This document shows, piece by piece, positions 24,972 to 36,962 of a stretch of DNA of 64,000 nucleotides. The number at the start of each line of letters is the position of its first letter. Position 1 is the stretch's first letter. The stretch spans positions 29,454,848-29,518,847 of the forward strand of contig CM120643.1 of the NCBI GenBank assembly GCA_051362555.1, given 5' to 3'. This DNA is from Lingula anatina (taxonomy: Eukaryota > Animalia > Brachiopoda). The position numbers and the translations under genes are program-made. The notes under the pieces are model-generated. The model made no database searches, was not told the origin of the DNA, and was given only the letters and a program-made list of their open reading frames with translations.

Positions 24972-27900
24972 ATGGACATGTTTGCAGAAAAACCCTGGGG
25001 TAAGCGCCCTTACTGGGGGATTGGGTTCAACTACGACCATCAGTGGGTGCTGACAGATAAACAGAGGGAACTGCAGGCCAAGCTGATGGAGCTGTGCCGA
25101 ACGACGATGCGACCAAATGCCGTAAGTGACTTTTACATTACAACGCGGTTTTAAATTGTGTCTGTAATTTATTTGTTTAAATGGGTTTAATCTAAACCAT
25201 TAGTGATGTAAAAGAATAAGATGATACTGTATTATTTTATTTTACAAAGTGCCCAGACTACATTAATTAGCGCGAGTGTTTTTAATATGGCACGAGTGAG
25301 TCGATCATAATATGACGTTACGTCATGCTCCAATGTCAAAGGGGCAGACGAAGTTGTGTGCTATTTAAATTCCATGAAGTATCAATTTTCTATTTATTTT
25401 GATGACAAATGCCCATAGTTGCTGACTCCTAGATTTCCCAATCCAAGTCATGCTCCAATGTCAAAGGGGCAGACGAAGTTGTGTGTTATTTAAATTCCAT
25501 CCATGCGCATTAATTTTCTTTTTTATTTTGATGACATATACCCATAGTTGCTGACTCCTAGATTTCCTAAGTTCACATTAACAATGCGATATTGACGATG
25601 AATTGGTTATGTACTAATGCCTTTATTATTATTCCTCTTTTCTTTTATACTATTTATTCTGTCAGGTTTTTCTAATGGTCGAGTGCATTTAACGCTTTCG
25701 CTGTCTCTGGTAGGGACCAAGCCGATAAGGCAGTCATCCTTTATCATATGAAATCTTGTTAACAGTACGATGGCTACATCACTTAGCCCTGAAGATACAT
25801 TATTTGTACTTGCTAAGCGCTTCTGACACACATAACTACACATAGTATGCCAACTTACTATCCTCTTCGAACCTTGATCTCATTTTTACGAAGTACATGT
25901 ATGAGTATTCAAAAATCTAGTAACGTTGTTAATTTATTGATTAATTGATATATTTTATCTATTTATTTTTTTTTATCTCTGATTATCCGTGTCATTAATT
26001 TACTTTATTGTCAGTATTGGCAGTGTTTTTAATGGTTTAGATATCGTATAATATAACGCGCATTGAGATATTGATGGAATGAACCATGATTAAGGAGTAG
26101 TTTTTTTAAAAAATAATTTAAAATCATAACCTTAATGGTAACAGGAAGCAAATGTTTAAGTATGTTGGTGAGTGGAGGGGGGGTGGGGGTGGGGGCAAAA
26201 ATAATTTAGCCACAGATGAGGAAGGCCCTTCTTAGCCATTGCTTCCTGATATACATGTACGTTTGACAATGCTGAACAAAACGGTGGGAAACTAGGCCCC
26301 TTAATTAACCCCCGGTTCCCACACCATGAGTTAAACATTGTGGCCCTTGTCTCAAATTTATACCACAATACCAATTCTCCTTCCTCTTCCCTGAATTTAC
26401 ACCTTATAATCGACCAGGTAAGATATGACGAGACATATGAATTCCCAAGAGAAAACATGGACGCCATGGCGGAGCTGGGGCTGCTGGGATTGATTGTACC
26501 GAAGGACCTCGGTGGGCTGGGCGAGAACCACGTGTGTGCCGCCATGGTGGTGGAGACTATTGCCCGTTATGGGTGTCCCAGTACTGCTATGGTTTACTGT
26601 AAGTTAGGCCAAGTATAGGCCGGTGTGAACGGAATCCTGGTCCGCCTTAGGAATAGTAGTCCTAAATATATATAGGACTTCTATTCCTGGTGGACCTGCA
26701 TTCCGTTTACATAAGTCGGTGAAATGGAGGTCCGCCCTATTTTTATGTCCGTCCCTTTATATTACAACTAGGTAAAGGCCAGTGACATGAATAGTATGCT
26801 GAAGTGAGCATATATAATTAGTCCGTAAAATCGCAGACTTACCTGTTCGTCTCTCTGGCGTAGTGGTTAGGCAGTGCAACAATGTGCATCCAGAACAGTT
26901 TCTTAAAATAGACAAATGGGAGTACGAATCCCTATAAGGCTGAAGTTGCGTTTTTAAATTCTGCGTGATTTTGATATCTTTGCCATGTTTGTGGGCCATT
27001 TTACTTTGCCACGTCGGATAATTTTGATTGGTTACAGAAGCACCCAATTTGAAATTTTATCTGACAAATGAACAGGTCTACTAAAATGAAAATAAATTTA
27101 TCAAAACTTCATTTTTTTTTATTTTTCATTATTAATTTTTTGAATATCAAAATAATAAAGGTAACGACATAGGTCATTTTAATTCACACATATTATTATT
27201 TATCATATGTGACTTCCGATTAAGTGTGAGAGAAAAAGTCTAATCGGACATATAGTCCTAGTATAAATCAAGAAAACAGGTCCCATCCGGACTGGCACTC
27301 CTTGCCATGCGACTTGCATTCCTTAGTAAATGTTGTCCCACGGACGTTAAATCCTAGTAACGTATGTCCTAGGACATCCATTTCTAGAAACGCTAGACCT
27401 AGGACTACCATTCCGTTCACACTGCAACGTTCTGTTTGGAGAAATAAATTGGAATATCGCCCAGTGTCATTTATTTTTCATCTTGACAATATGAAATGCA
27501 AAAAGTAAAAAGAAGAAAAGATATTCTTCAGAATAAATATCCATTACCAACTTTTATATTGTTCACCAATTTTGTTAACTTAATATAGGGGTGAAAAAGA
27601 CTTTTAAAACAATCTTATATTAAAATTATTAACTCGTAGGACCCTCAAAACAACATTTTAGCTGTCTCTTTCATTTAACATTGGATTCCGGTATGTCATT
27701 TTAGGTATGCACGTTGGAGCAGTGGCTACTCTCCTATTCCGTTACGATAACAGCGAACTCATCAAAAATGTCCTCCAACGTTTGGACAAAGACAAGCTGG
27801 TGGGGACTGAGTCTTTTAGTGATCCCGCTACGGGTAAAAAGGCACATTATCTTTCTATCCGTGTATATAGTTATTTTATTATTATTTATTTATTTTTTGC

Positions 27901-28145
27901 GGACTACACTCGTGAGAAAATAGGTTTTATTTAAGTTAACATAAGTCGAAAGAGTCATAGCTGTTTGATTTCCATTCATTTTTCGTTTATCACATTATAT
28001 TATCTTTTCCACCTTTTTATACAACACGCATACTTTGCCATACGGCTTATGTGGTATTTCAAATACCCAGATCAGCAAAACCTTAATAATATTGATTAAA
28101 ACGTTTTCGGTTGAAGATATATCCGTTCTTAATGACATTATACGT

Positions 28146-28207
<62 letters not shown>

Positions 28208-31200
28208 ATCTCTTAGGTGGACATTTTTGGTACCCACTGTCCTCAAAGAACCGGTATACCAAGGATGGCAGGTTCCAAATGTTAAAGTACGCCTCCTGGA
28301 CAACCAGCGCCGGATTTGCTGACTTCTACGTCGTCCAAACCACTAGCCCGGGCTTTGGCAGCGACTATTCCGACCTTTCCATATTTCTGCTTTTCAAGGT
28401 GGATGTAGTTAAAATTCCAATTTTAAAAGTGATATTTGGCTGGAATCTGAAAAGGTGTAATTAGAGTTACCGCAAGCCAATATTAATAGGTGGTTAAAGA
28501 TTATGCCTATTAATTTTGTCTTTAATTTTTTTTTTGTTTATTTTGTTTATTTGAAAATGCATAGTTCACACGTGCACTAAAATGTTTTCCATGTACGACG
28601 GCTAATAAACCCATACGATATAGACGTTATTATGTAAAAATACATAAAGTTTACAGTCTCAATTGAATAATTTAGCCAATGTGCTAACTCATCAAACCAT
28701 AGCGTTTATCCATTACAAAAAATGTTACCTTTAAACTATAGGACGAAGTTCGTGCACATGCTGACGACTGGAAATCCCTAGGTCTCCGTGGTAACCAATC
28801 TGGCGTACTTATAACAGAGGGCGTGCTTAGTCAAGACAGGCAGGTTGGAGAAATCGGTAATTCAGTCATTCATCCTTGTGCGAAATGGCATAATAAAAAT
28901 GCGGTTATTCTCAATCGGATGCATAAGTAACAAATATGGGCGAAATATAATGTCTTGTTTATGAATCTAAATTCTGTTATTCTATTAATGTCTTTCTGAT
29001 CATTTAATTCACACATGAGCGTAGTATCTCTAAGCTATGAAGTTCATCAGTTTAGTTGTGAAGACTCAAGCATACAGACGCGTAATATGGCTAGTGGTAG
29101 TGTAAAACAAGTTGGAGGAAAATCAAAGGGGAAGTTGTTGTTGCACAAAATCGACAAACACATTTTTCAGAGCAACCGCGACCGCCATTTACTTTCTTAC
29201 TTATTACTGCTCATGCATCAAGGTATCAGAATCTCCTCCGAGCGCAGCCGAGAATTAATTACAGCTTTGGAAGTAACTTGCCCTCGCTGCCAGTAATTAC
29301 GCCGCCGGGTATCCAGGGCATAGACCGTGATCACAAGGTTCCGAAAATAGATTTTTAGATTTTTAGAAAATAGATTTTCCATGTGAACGGAGCCTTATTC
29401 CTGTAACACCTATGACAATAATGGAAAGTCTTATCCTTATGCATTAATACGGTTAAATGATACAATTAAAATTGTAAATGAAAATTCTTCTGGTGAACCA
29501 TATATAAGACAAAAATGGAGGGCGTGCAACTACAGCTCGTCTGTGTAGTGATTTGCGTGCAAGACCATAAGGTAAATATTTATGAAGAGGCCTGTTAAAT
29601 ACTTGGGTTTGATACCTACCTTTAACACGACCTTACCCCCCCCTCACCTCCCACCTTCACCTCGGATAACTTATTGTACCTAACTCTATATTGGTGTTTT
29701 TAATGTATAATGTTCTATATTATGTGATTATTACACTAACAACATTGTTTTTCGTTTTGTTTTTTAAGCCTCAAAATGCCAAAATATCAAAGGAATATAA
29801 CAGAACATTATATATAATTTCAAATTCCAAACTGTCTTGATTTGTTTTAAATCATCTATCCAAGAGCAACTTTCCATTGAGTTTGGGGTCATTTTGCAAT
29901 TCCTGCGAGTGTAAACCGAAAAATTAATCTAAGAACGGAGATCCTGTGTTTTGTGTAAAGTGATTTTTCCCTCATTTAAAGGCCTAAGAAGGTCAATGAC
30001 AGATGTAAAAATTTGCGTTTACTACAAGAAAAATACACGTAATAAAATAAATGAAGAAAAACTATGGGAACCATGTTTTTTTTATTACTTCATTAATACG
30101 CATATAAACACCGTAAAATATTAAAATAAAATTAAATAAAGCAAACGTTTATTATGTCTTTGAATCTAGCATATCTTTATATCTATTTATTCATGTCATT
30201 TCTCGGTGTAAACTAAATAGGACATGCGTCACAAAATTGTTAGGAACGCACGTCCCATTAGAACGTGCATTATAACACGCAGGACTTGCATTACATGGGG
30301 GCCTTCGTCCTAAGGACATTGAATCCTAGTAACGTATGTCCTAGGACTTCCATTCCGAGCAGTGCATGCCCTAGGACGTGCACTCCTGCCACACTGGTGC
30401 ACCCTTTACGCAACTTCATTTCAACATTTTTGGTGGGATATTTTCAACATGTTCTGGTGAAAGTTCTGGGTGGAATACAATTTTAAAAAGTCATCTCTGT
30501 CATGTATTTCATAGGTGAGGGTGCAGCTATAAACGATGAAGTTGGCAATCCGTGGTTCTTGCTACTGACTGCCTCCTGTTGGAACGGTATAGCCTTTGGT
30601 TGTATCGATGTTGCTTGCAAACATGCCACAGAAAAGGATCACGCTGACAACGGACTCCGAGTTTGCGACTATCCCACAATCCAGGTACGATGACGTCATC
30701 TGCACGTTTTCTGAATTCACGTGCGTTTACTTGAATTCTAACTTGAGTGGTCCTCTGTAGTTCTGCGCATGGGGCGGCTTAGCTTTTAAGCTTTAATTTA
30801 AAAATGTCGTCCTCTTGCAATTTTGATGTTGATTTTCCATATCTATAGACAACGCAAAATATCATCTCCCGTGTTGGTCAGTAAAGATGAAGTCTTCGAC
30901 GCTGTCTTTGTCCTGTTGGGCTACAATTTAACTCAATTGGAATAAGCACGCAAAAGCTACATAAGTACAATACAATATTGATTAATTATTAGCCTAACAA
31001 CGTGTACGAAAAAATGTACTGTACAAATCCGTTGATAAAGATACGTCGATTGAATGATGTCATTTGAAAGTTTAGAGGCTGCTTTGTACTCTATAACTCA
31101 TCTTCGGGATATTTTATTGTGCTACAAAAGAAGTATATTTCTGGGGCACTGCCAGTACTTCCTGACCTGCGAAGTGTATTTCTCAACAACAATTATGATT

Positions 31201-33231
31201 TACTCTATTCTAGGACTACTTCGGAGAGTGCATCATAGACACTAATGCCTGCCGAGCCTTTGTTTTCAATGTGGCCCATGGAATGGATTTGGCAACAAAT
31301 AATAATGATTGGACCATCCACAGTGATCCCAAGGTCATGGCAAGGTGAGAAAGTCAATGTGAGGCTGAGAGAAGTACTATGTTTGTGTGCAGTAAACTGT
31401 CCTACTGAGTACTACATGCATTCCATTTATATATAATAAGAAAATCATTTGAAAAACGTTTCAACATCTCAGTGTTGAAAACATTTATACTTATTTCATT
31501 CATTTCAGTCGCTTAAAAACAATTCTGGAAATATTCTAGAAAGAGCTGAAATTGTTAAGGACTATTTTTATTCCCAACTAAACGATATAATACTAAAACA
31601 TGGTGCCTATAATCGCTTCAGAACAGACTTCCTGCACTGGGGCTGGCAGATAAAGTTTGCAGCGGCCAAAAATGTCGGACATGTTTCCGATGTAATGCTT
31701 CACGCCTGCGGTGGTTCTGGATACAAAACAGAATTGGGTGAGTTTCAGTTCGAAATAAATAAGATGCACGAGCATTGCCTGAGCATAATATCTCCTTTCA
31801 AAAGATGAACATCTTTCGAATCCATCTACGCGGTCGACAAGAATGAAGTCTTTTCAGGTTGTGTAGGACATGGAATGGTATTCTTGTTTTATTCAAGAGA
31901 CTGTCTGAATTATACGTAATGCTATCAAACTAACAATCATTGAACTATCTACCTATGGGGAGCAAAATTTAATAACATGGCTATTCTTGCTCTTCTTTGA
32001 CTTATTGCAGGCATTGAGCGTCTTCTCCGAGACGCTAAGGCCGGCTGGGTGATGGGTGTGAGCAATGAGATCATACGGCAGTGGGTAGGAATCACGGCTC
32101 TCATGGGCACGGAGCAGCTGGATTTATGGTAGGTTGAGTTGATTTGCCAAACAATAACACCTTAGATGGTTAAATATAGAACCCGCGACCAAAACTTGGC
32201 TCCAACATAAAAATCATCCTCCATTTTTGACCGCCTTTCGACAGAAATATTAGATATTGTTACGCCTTCGCGGCCGAGTGCCTTATGAAGGTACAAATAA
32301 CAATGTACTTACTGGTGTCTCAGAGTATAAGCACAGAGAGAGTCAAGAACACAAAGCCAAATAGCCAAAGAGATCAGCCCCAAGAGAAGAGCAAAAGAGA
32401 GCGATTTATTTCACGTTACACCTTATATACTAGTTCAGATAGTACACGTTTACCAATCAGAACCAACTATACAGTGAACAGTTTTACCTTTAGGTTACCA
32501 ATCACGGGAGAGATTCAAACTTGCACACCGGACAACACTTTACTTACAGAGACATCTACCGGTAGCAATATAAAACAATCTCATCTAACACACTACATCG
32601 TCACAATATACCCGTCAATGAAAACTTGAAAATCTGACCGTCTTCTGGAAGACCCAAAAAACGGCCTAAATCCGCCCCCTGAATATGTTCTCAATAAATG
32701 AGTCGGACGTGATAAGATATCGAATTAACCTACCCGTATCTGGCAGAATTTTTGTCAGTTTCTCGCGTGTCAGTTTTAGTTCCTACTTCTGCTTTGTCTA
32801 CCTCGAGGGCCTGCCAAGGAAAGTAACATACTTTGCTTCTGCAATTCCCGTTTTATTTCCTTTTTCATTATCCCGTAGAGTTATTCCTCTATCTTTCAAC
32901 CCACGTGTGCTCGGACTATACCCTCCATCTTGGTTTGCAGTGACAGCCGGGTCTTCTTCTAAACAGTAGTATTCATCCATATGCAAATTGAGGCAAGTCC
33001 CAGAATCCCACGTATTGGAGAGTAATGGCGAGAAGTTTTGACGAAAAAAAATGCTGCGCTTTTTTTCTCTCAGTGATCTTAAAAACATGTCCTTTGATCT
33101 TTATTTTCTCAACGGTTTCGTTTGAGGTATGCCTTGGGGTTCAGGATAAAACAGGCAAAGTTTCAGAGAGACGCCTATTTAAGCGTCTACATACTTAGTT
33201 AATGCCAGATTGAGAAAAATGAAAATTTCAC

Positions 33232-33262
<31 letters not shown>

Positions 33263-35013
33263 CATGAATCCAATAAAAACAATAATCCAATAGAGCTGGT
33301 TTTCTTATTTGAGCTGTATGTCAAGAAGAGTAAGTGTCATGATTTAATTTTCTTAAATGGTCACTATGCAGGCTGTGTCCAAAACGGGGTTTACTTCAAA
33401 TTTGATGCAATATTACATAAAGCTTAACAGTATAATGACCATCAATTTTTGATAATAAAATAAAAGTATCATGGGTATTCAGAAAATGTGACTAGCAAAA
33501 ATCTTCAAGTCCATTTGTAACCCTCAAGTTTAGGTGTTTTTATCTCTCGTTAGGTTCGTCAAGGCTTTGGTGTCGTGCGCCTTTGCCGGAGACGAACTCA
33601 AAACGAAACAACCGAAATGATTACTCTATTAGTTTATTATGCAGGTTAGAAGTGGCCTGAGCGTCGGTCTTACAGTCGCTCGCTGATCTAAGGACTCCGT
33701 CAGCTTCGTATGTCCTTTCTCTCTCTCAATCTATCTCATCCAGCAATGAGACGACCTTTTATACTTGGCGGGGGAGAGCTCGTTAAAGTTTCATCAGACT
33801 TTGATACGTTTGATGTCGTAAGGACCGCTATTGGCGACTCTGTGTCTGCCCGAACGTCCTTTCTGGACTTTTCTCCTTGATACTCTTAAGATATCTTAGC
33901 GATTACGATCATCAAATCGATATCTGAGCCTGATTATCCTTTAATGAGTCGACCCTACCGCTTCCCTAACACAACTACTATTGTTCTTTGTTGGTGGCCT
34001 CTGATAAGGATCCACCATCATTAACCTTTTGTCGGTGAATCCTGATATGGCATTATTAACCCCGATACTCACAGTGCAATCTAATTTGCACGTTACACAT
34101 GGAAGTTCAGAGTCAAACCTTGGAAATGGCAAAATGTAAACAAGAGATAACTATAATGAAATGGGTTTATTTCCATTTTCAACACTTTTTTACATAACAC
34201 AAACTAATCGGTTTACTGTTATTTTTACATGATCAACTAAGAAAATTGTTGACATAGGAAAAATATCAACAGAACAATTTTAAATGTCCAATTTGCTCCA
34301 TTCTGAGATTCTGAACATACTGAATGATTGAATCTGACAAACTATAAAGATATGAGTTTATTTCCATTTTTGACACTTTATTACACAATACACAATAACA
34401 GGTTTATCATCATTTTATATAATCAACTAACAATATTGTTAAGATGCAGAAAATGTCAAAAGAACACCTTTACATATCTTATTAGTTTAAAAATTAGATT
34501 GTTAACATGCCTAAGAATTAAATCTGAGGAAAAAAAAACACTTATTAAAAAAAAAAAAAAAATTTACCGATTAAGCTTATTTTCGAATTTGATCTGTATT
34601 TTAGTAAGACTGATAACTCCTGTGAATTTCAAGACAATTGGCCAATCGATTTTCCACGAAATGTATTATCAGTGTTGCATACATGTATGCTGAAAAAAAG
34701 TGTAAAAACAGCATGACTTTTGTAAAAATGGCCCGATCATGCTGATTTTCGAACTTGACCTGCGTATTATGAATGTTCATCCGTTTAGTAAGTTTTAAGC
34801 CAAAAGGTAAAAGGGTTTTCCACTTATCATGTTATTGGTGTTGCACATATGCTCAAAAAGTGAGAAAAAAATCATAACTTCCATAAAAATGGCCCGGTCA
34901 TGCTGTTTTTTTTAACTTGACCTGCATATTATAAATATTCATCAGTTCTGTAAGTTTCAAGCCAAAACCTAAATTGGTTTTCCACTTATTGTGTTATCGG
35001 TGAAAGTACACTG

Positions 35014-35044
<31 letters not shown>

Positions 35045-36962
35045 AGACGCAGGTGATGGCTATATGTACAGACACATCTGCCAACTTTTTGTCAAATAAG
35101 AGCTACTGCTTTTAATTCATATTCTTTATGCACACAAATCAAACGCCCCATGAAAATACATACTTACATAGTTAAATTCAATTTGTAGGTCACAGAGAAC
35201 AAACAAGCGCCTTCTTAACTACGAGTTAAAGAAGCTGAAACCGGAGGTAAAGAAGGAGCTTGCGCACAAAATGCTGAGGGAGTGTGAGCAAGAGCTCGGC
35301 CAAGACAGCGGCACTGCGCCAAACCAAGATACTGACTTCGACGACCCTTTCTCCACATCTGCCGCCCTGCCTCTTGGCCCTTTCAAAGACCCCGCCGGTA
35401 AAGTCCACCTTGCTGCTTTAAACGCCGATACGTTTACCACCCTTAAGCTAACAGAGGTAATCCAAGAAGCAGACAATGTCCAGAGACTAAAATTCGCCCT
35501 GCCTGACCCAGAAGCCCACTCAGGTTGTCTGCCCGGTCAGTATGTGCAAGCACGTGTCAATGTTGGCGGGAAATTCCACGAGCGTTATCTGTCGCCCATG
35601 AGTGCTCCCACTGCGTTTGGTGTGATGGAGTTTGGGCTGCGCCTTGAGACGCATGGTGCGTTCTCCCTCGCTGTTAAGAATATGAAAATCGGTAGGTGCA
35701 CTTATCTTTTCTTATAGGACATAAAAGTGATATTAATATTATTGCTCATCATACTTAATAGGTAACATATTGGATGGCGCTGTCTTAATTATAATTAAGG
35801 TGATCTCTTTAAACTGATATGTGTATGGTTAGACATGAATACCCACGGTTTACTTTTCTTAAGTCTCGGTCACAAACGGCCGTATGGGCTCTTACGGGCT
35901 GGACGCGTCCAAATTTTGCGCAGAAACTCATGTCCCGCGCAGGGTCTTTTTACGCAATTTCGAGTTCGCAGACAGCGAAAGCTGTAAGCACGTACCGAGG
36001 ATGTTGGACATGTTCAAAAGATTCTACGTACAGCCTACGAACAGGGAGGCCGTAAGCGTAACTTGCTCCCCTCGCACGGAGTTAACAAGAAATACGCGCG
36101 TTGTGCAAGACGCACGTCGCAAGCAATGAAGAAGCAAGTGCCCTCTTACTGCGACCTCTACGGCCTCCGCAACACCCAAAAATCGCAGGGGACGAACAAT
36201 CCTGAAATTCGTGCGTCCGGTTGTGACCAAGGCTTTAAGCATGTGGAACGTTGTGCTTCATTTAAGTCATACGCCTGAATATTAATATTGTAGAATATAC
36301 GAAAAACGTTACGATGATATTCAAACTGATTTTTTTATTTTTTTTCAATAGACATAATGTGAAGCTACATTTTTGACAACGTTTGTTATATTTTATGCCA
36401 TGGAAAAAGCTACCAAAATACAATATACACTTACCTTATTTCAGGAGACACTCTAGAATGCCGAGGTCCATGTGGAGGTTTTGAATATTCCGCGGGAAAA
36501 CTGGATACTTTGACCATGATAGCCACCGGAGTCGGAGCCACGCCTGCCATACAACTTATCCGCAGCATCGCCAACGACCTCTCCGACACAACCAAGGTCA
36601 AGTTCTTCTACCACGCCAAGACGCCGAAGCAGCTATTATGCCTTGAGGAGCTTAGAGCATTTGGGAAACACGACAGTCGTTTCGATTTCACCTTCTGCGT
36701 TAGTGAGTGCGACGATACCTGGACTGGGACCGAGGGACTCATCGACGCCACCACTTTGAAACCGTTCCTGCCACCCGCCAACGGCAAGACCAACAAGACC
36801 ATCATCTGCACTGGTCCAGTAGTCGTAATCACTACCCTGTCTGCCCTTCATGAGCTTGGATACAAGAGCGACGACATCTACATCTATGGTCCGTTTGGAG
36901 TCGAGCTGATACGTGCCGTGTATGGCCAAAAAGCCAAACTTGCAACACATTTGCCCTGCTAG
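24972..36962 (+). CDS. Copy A: ACAD-fold flavoprotein fused to cytochrome-b5-reductase-like (FNR family) domain, 11 exons, 770 aa
   Basis: Exons 24972-25121, 26418-26598, 27705-27833, 28217-28398, 28742-28856, 30515-30684, 31214-31344, 31622-31737, 32011-32128, 35189-35691, 36445-36962; all GT-AG, phases compatible, 2313 nt open. ACAD motifs: ELGLLGLIVPKDLGGLG, SFSDPATG, SWTTS, LGLRGNQS, HACGGSGY, IERLLRDAK. Reductase motifs: FALP, PGQYV, RYLS, GAFS, GPCG, MIATGVGATP, CTGP. Kozak GCACCATGG. Confidence 0.9.
25323..25570. repeat. ~125-bp tandem duplication in intron 1 of copy A
   Basis: TCATGCTCCAATGTCAAAGGGG at 25323 and 25448; single in copy D. Confidence 0.85.
26624..27421. mobile_element. 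Non-autonomous Ginger1-like element in intron 2 of copy A
   Basis: TIR TGTGAACGGAAT ... ATTCCGTTCACA; left flank CCGG, right flank degenerate CTGC; empty site GCCGGAAACG in copy C (58711) and copy B. A related right end lies at ~30300-30393. Confidence 0.7.
28149..28204. repeat. (TA)n microsatellite just upstream of the exon 4 acceptor of copy A
   Basis: Direct reading. Confidence 0.95.
29270..29398. mobile_element. Right half of a Harbinger-type MITE related to 52913-53169
   Basis: GCCAGTAATTACGCCGC...GTGATCAC...CATGTGAACGGAGCC followed by TTA. Confidence 0.6.
32258..32605 (-). mobile_element. Solo LTR (348 bp) in intron 9 of copy A
   Basis: TGTTACG...CGTCACA termini with a perfect ATAT 4-bp duplication; AATAAA on minus strand (~32405-32410). 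Confidence 0.7.
33516..34097 (-). mobile_element. Solo LTR (582 bp) nested in the dispersed repeat in intron 9 of copy A
   Basis: TGTAAC...GTTACA termini, flanks CATT/CATG; absent in the homologous repeat at ~4110; minus-strand TATAAAA (~33757-33763) upstream of AATAAA (~33633-33638). Confidence 0.75.
35862..36234. mobile_element. PIF/Harbinger-type MITE in intron 10 of copy A
   Basis: TIR AGTCTCGGTCACAA / TTGTGACCAAGGCT, TTA duplication; empty site in copy B (~47595-47610). A related fragment lies at ~42010-42240. Confidence 0.8.

Noticed and set aside
24972-36962. Bacterial contamination
   Set aside because: Ten phase-compatible GT-AG introns, Kozak context and animal transposons in the introns.
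24972-36962. Specific function such as luciferase, halogenase or pigment synthase
   Set aside because: Nothing in the sequence identifies the substrate.
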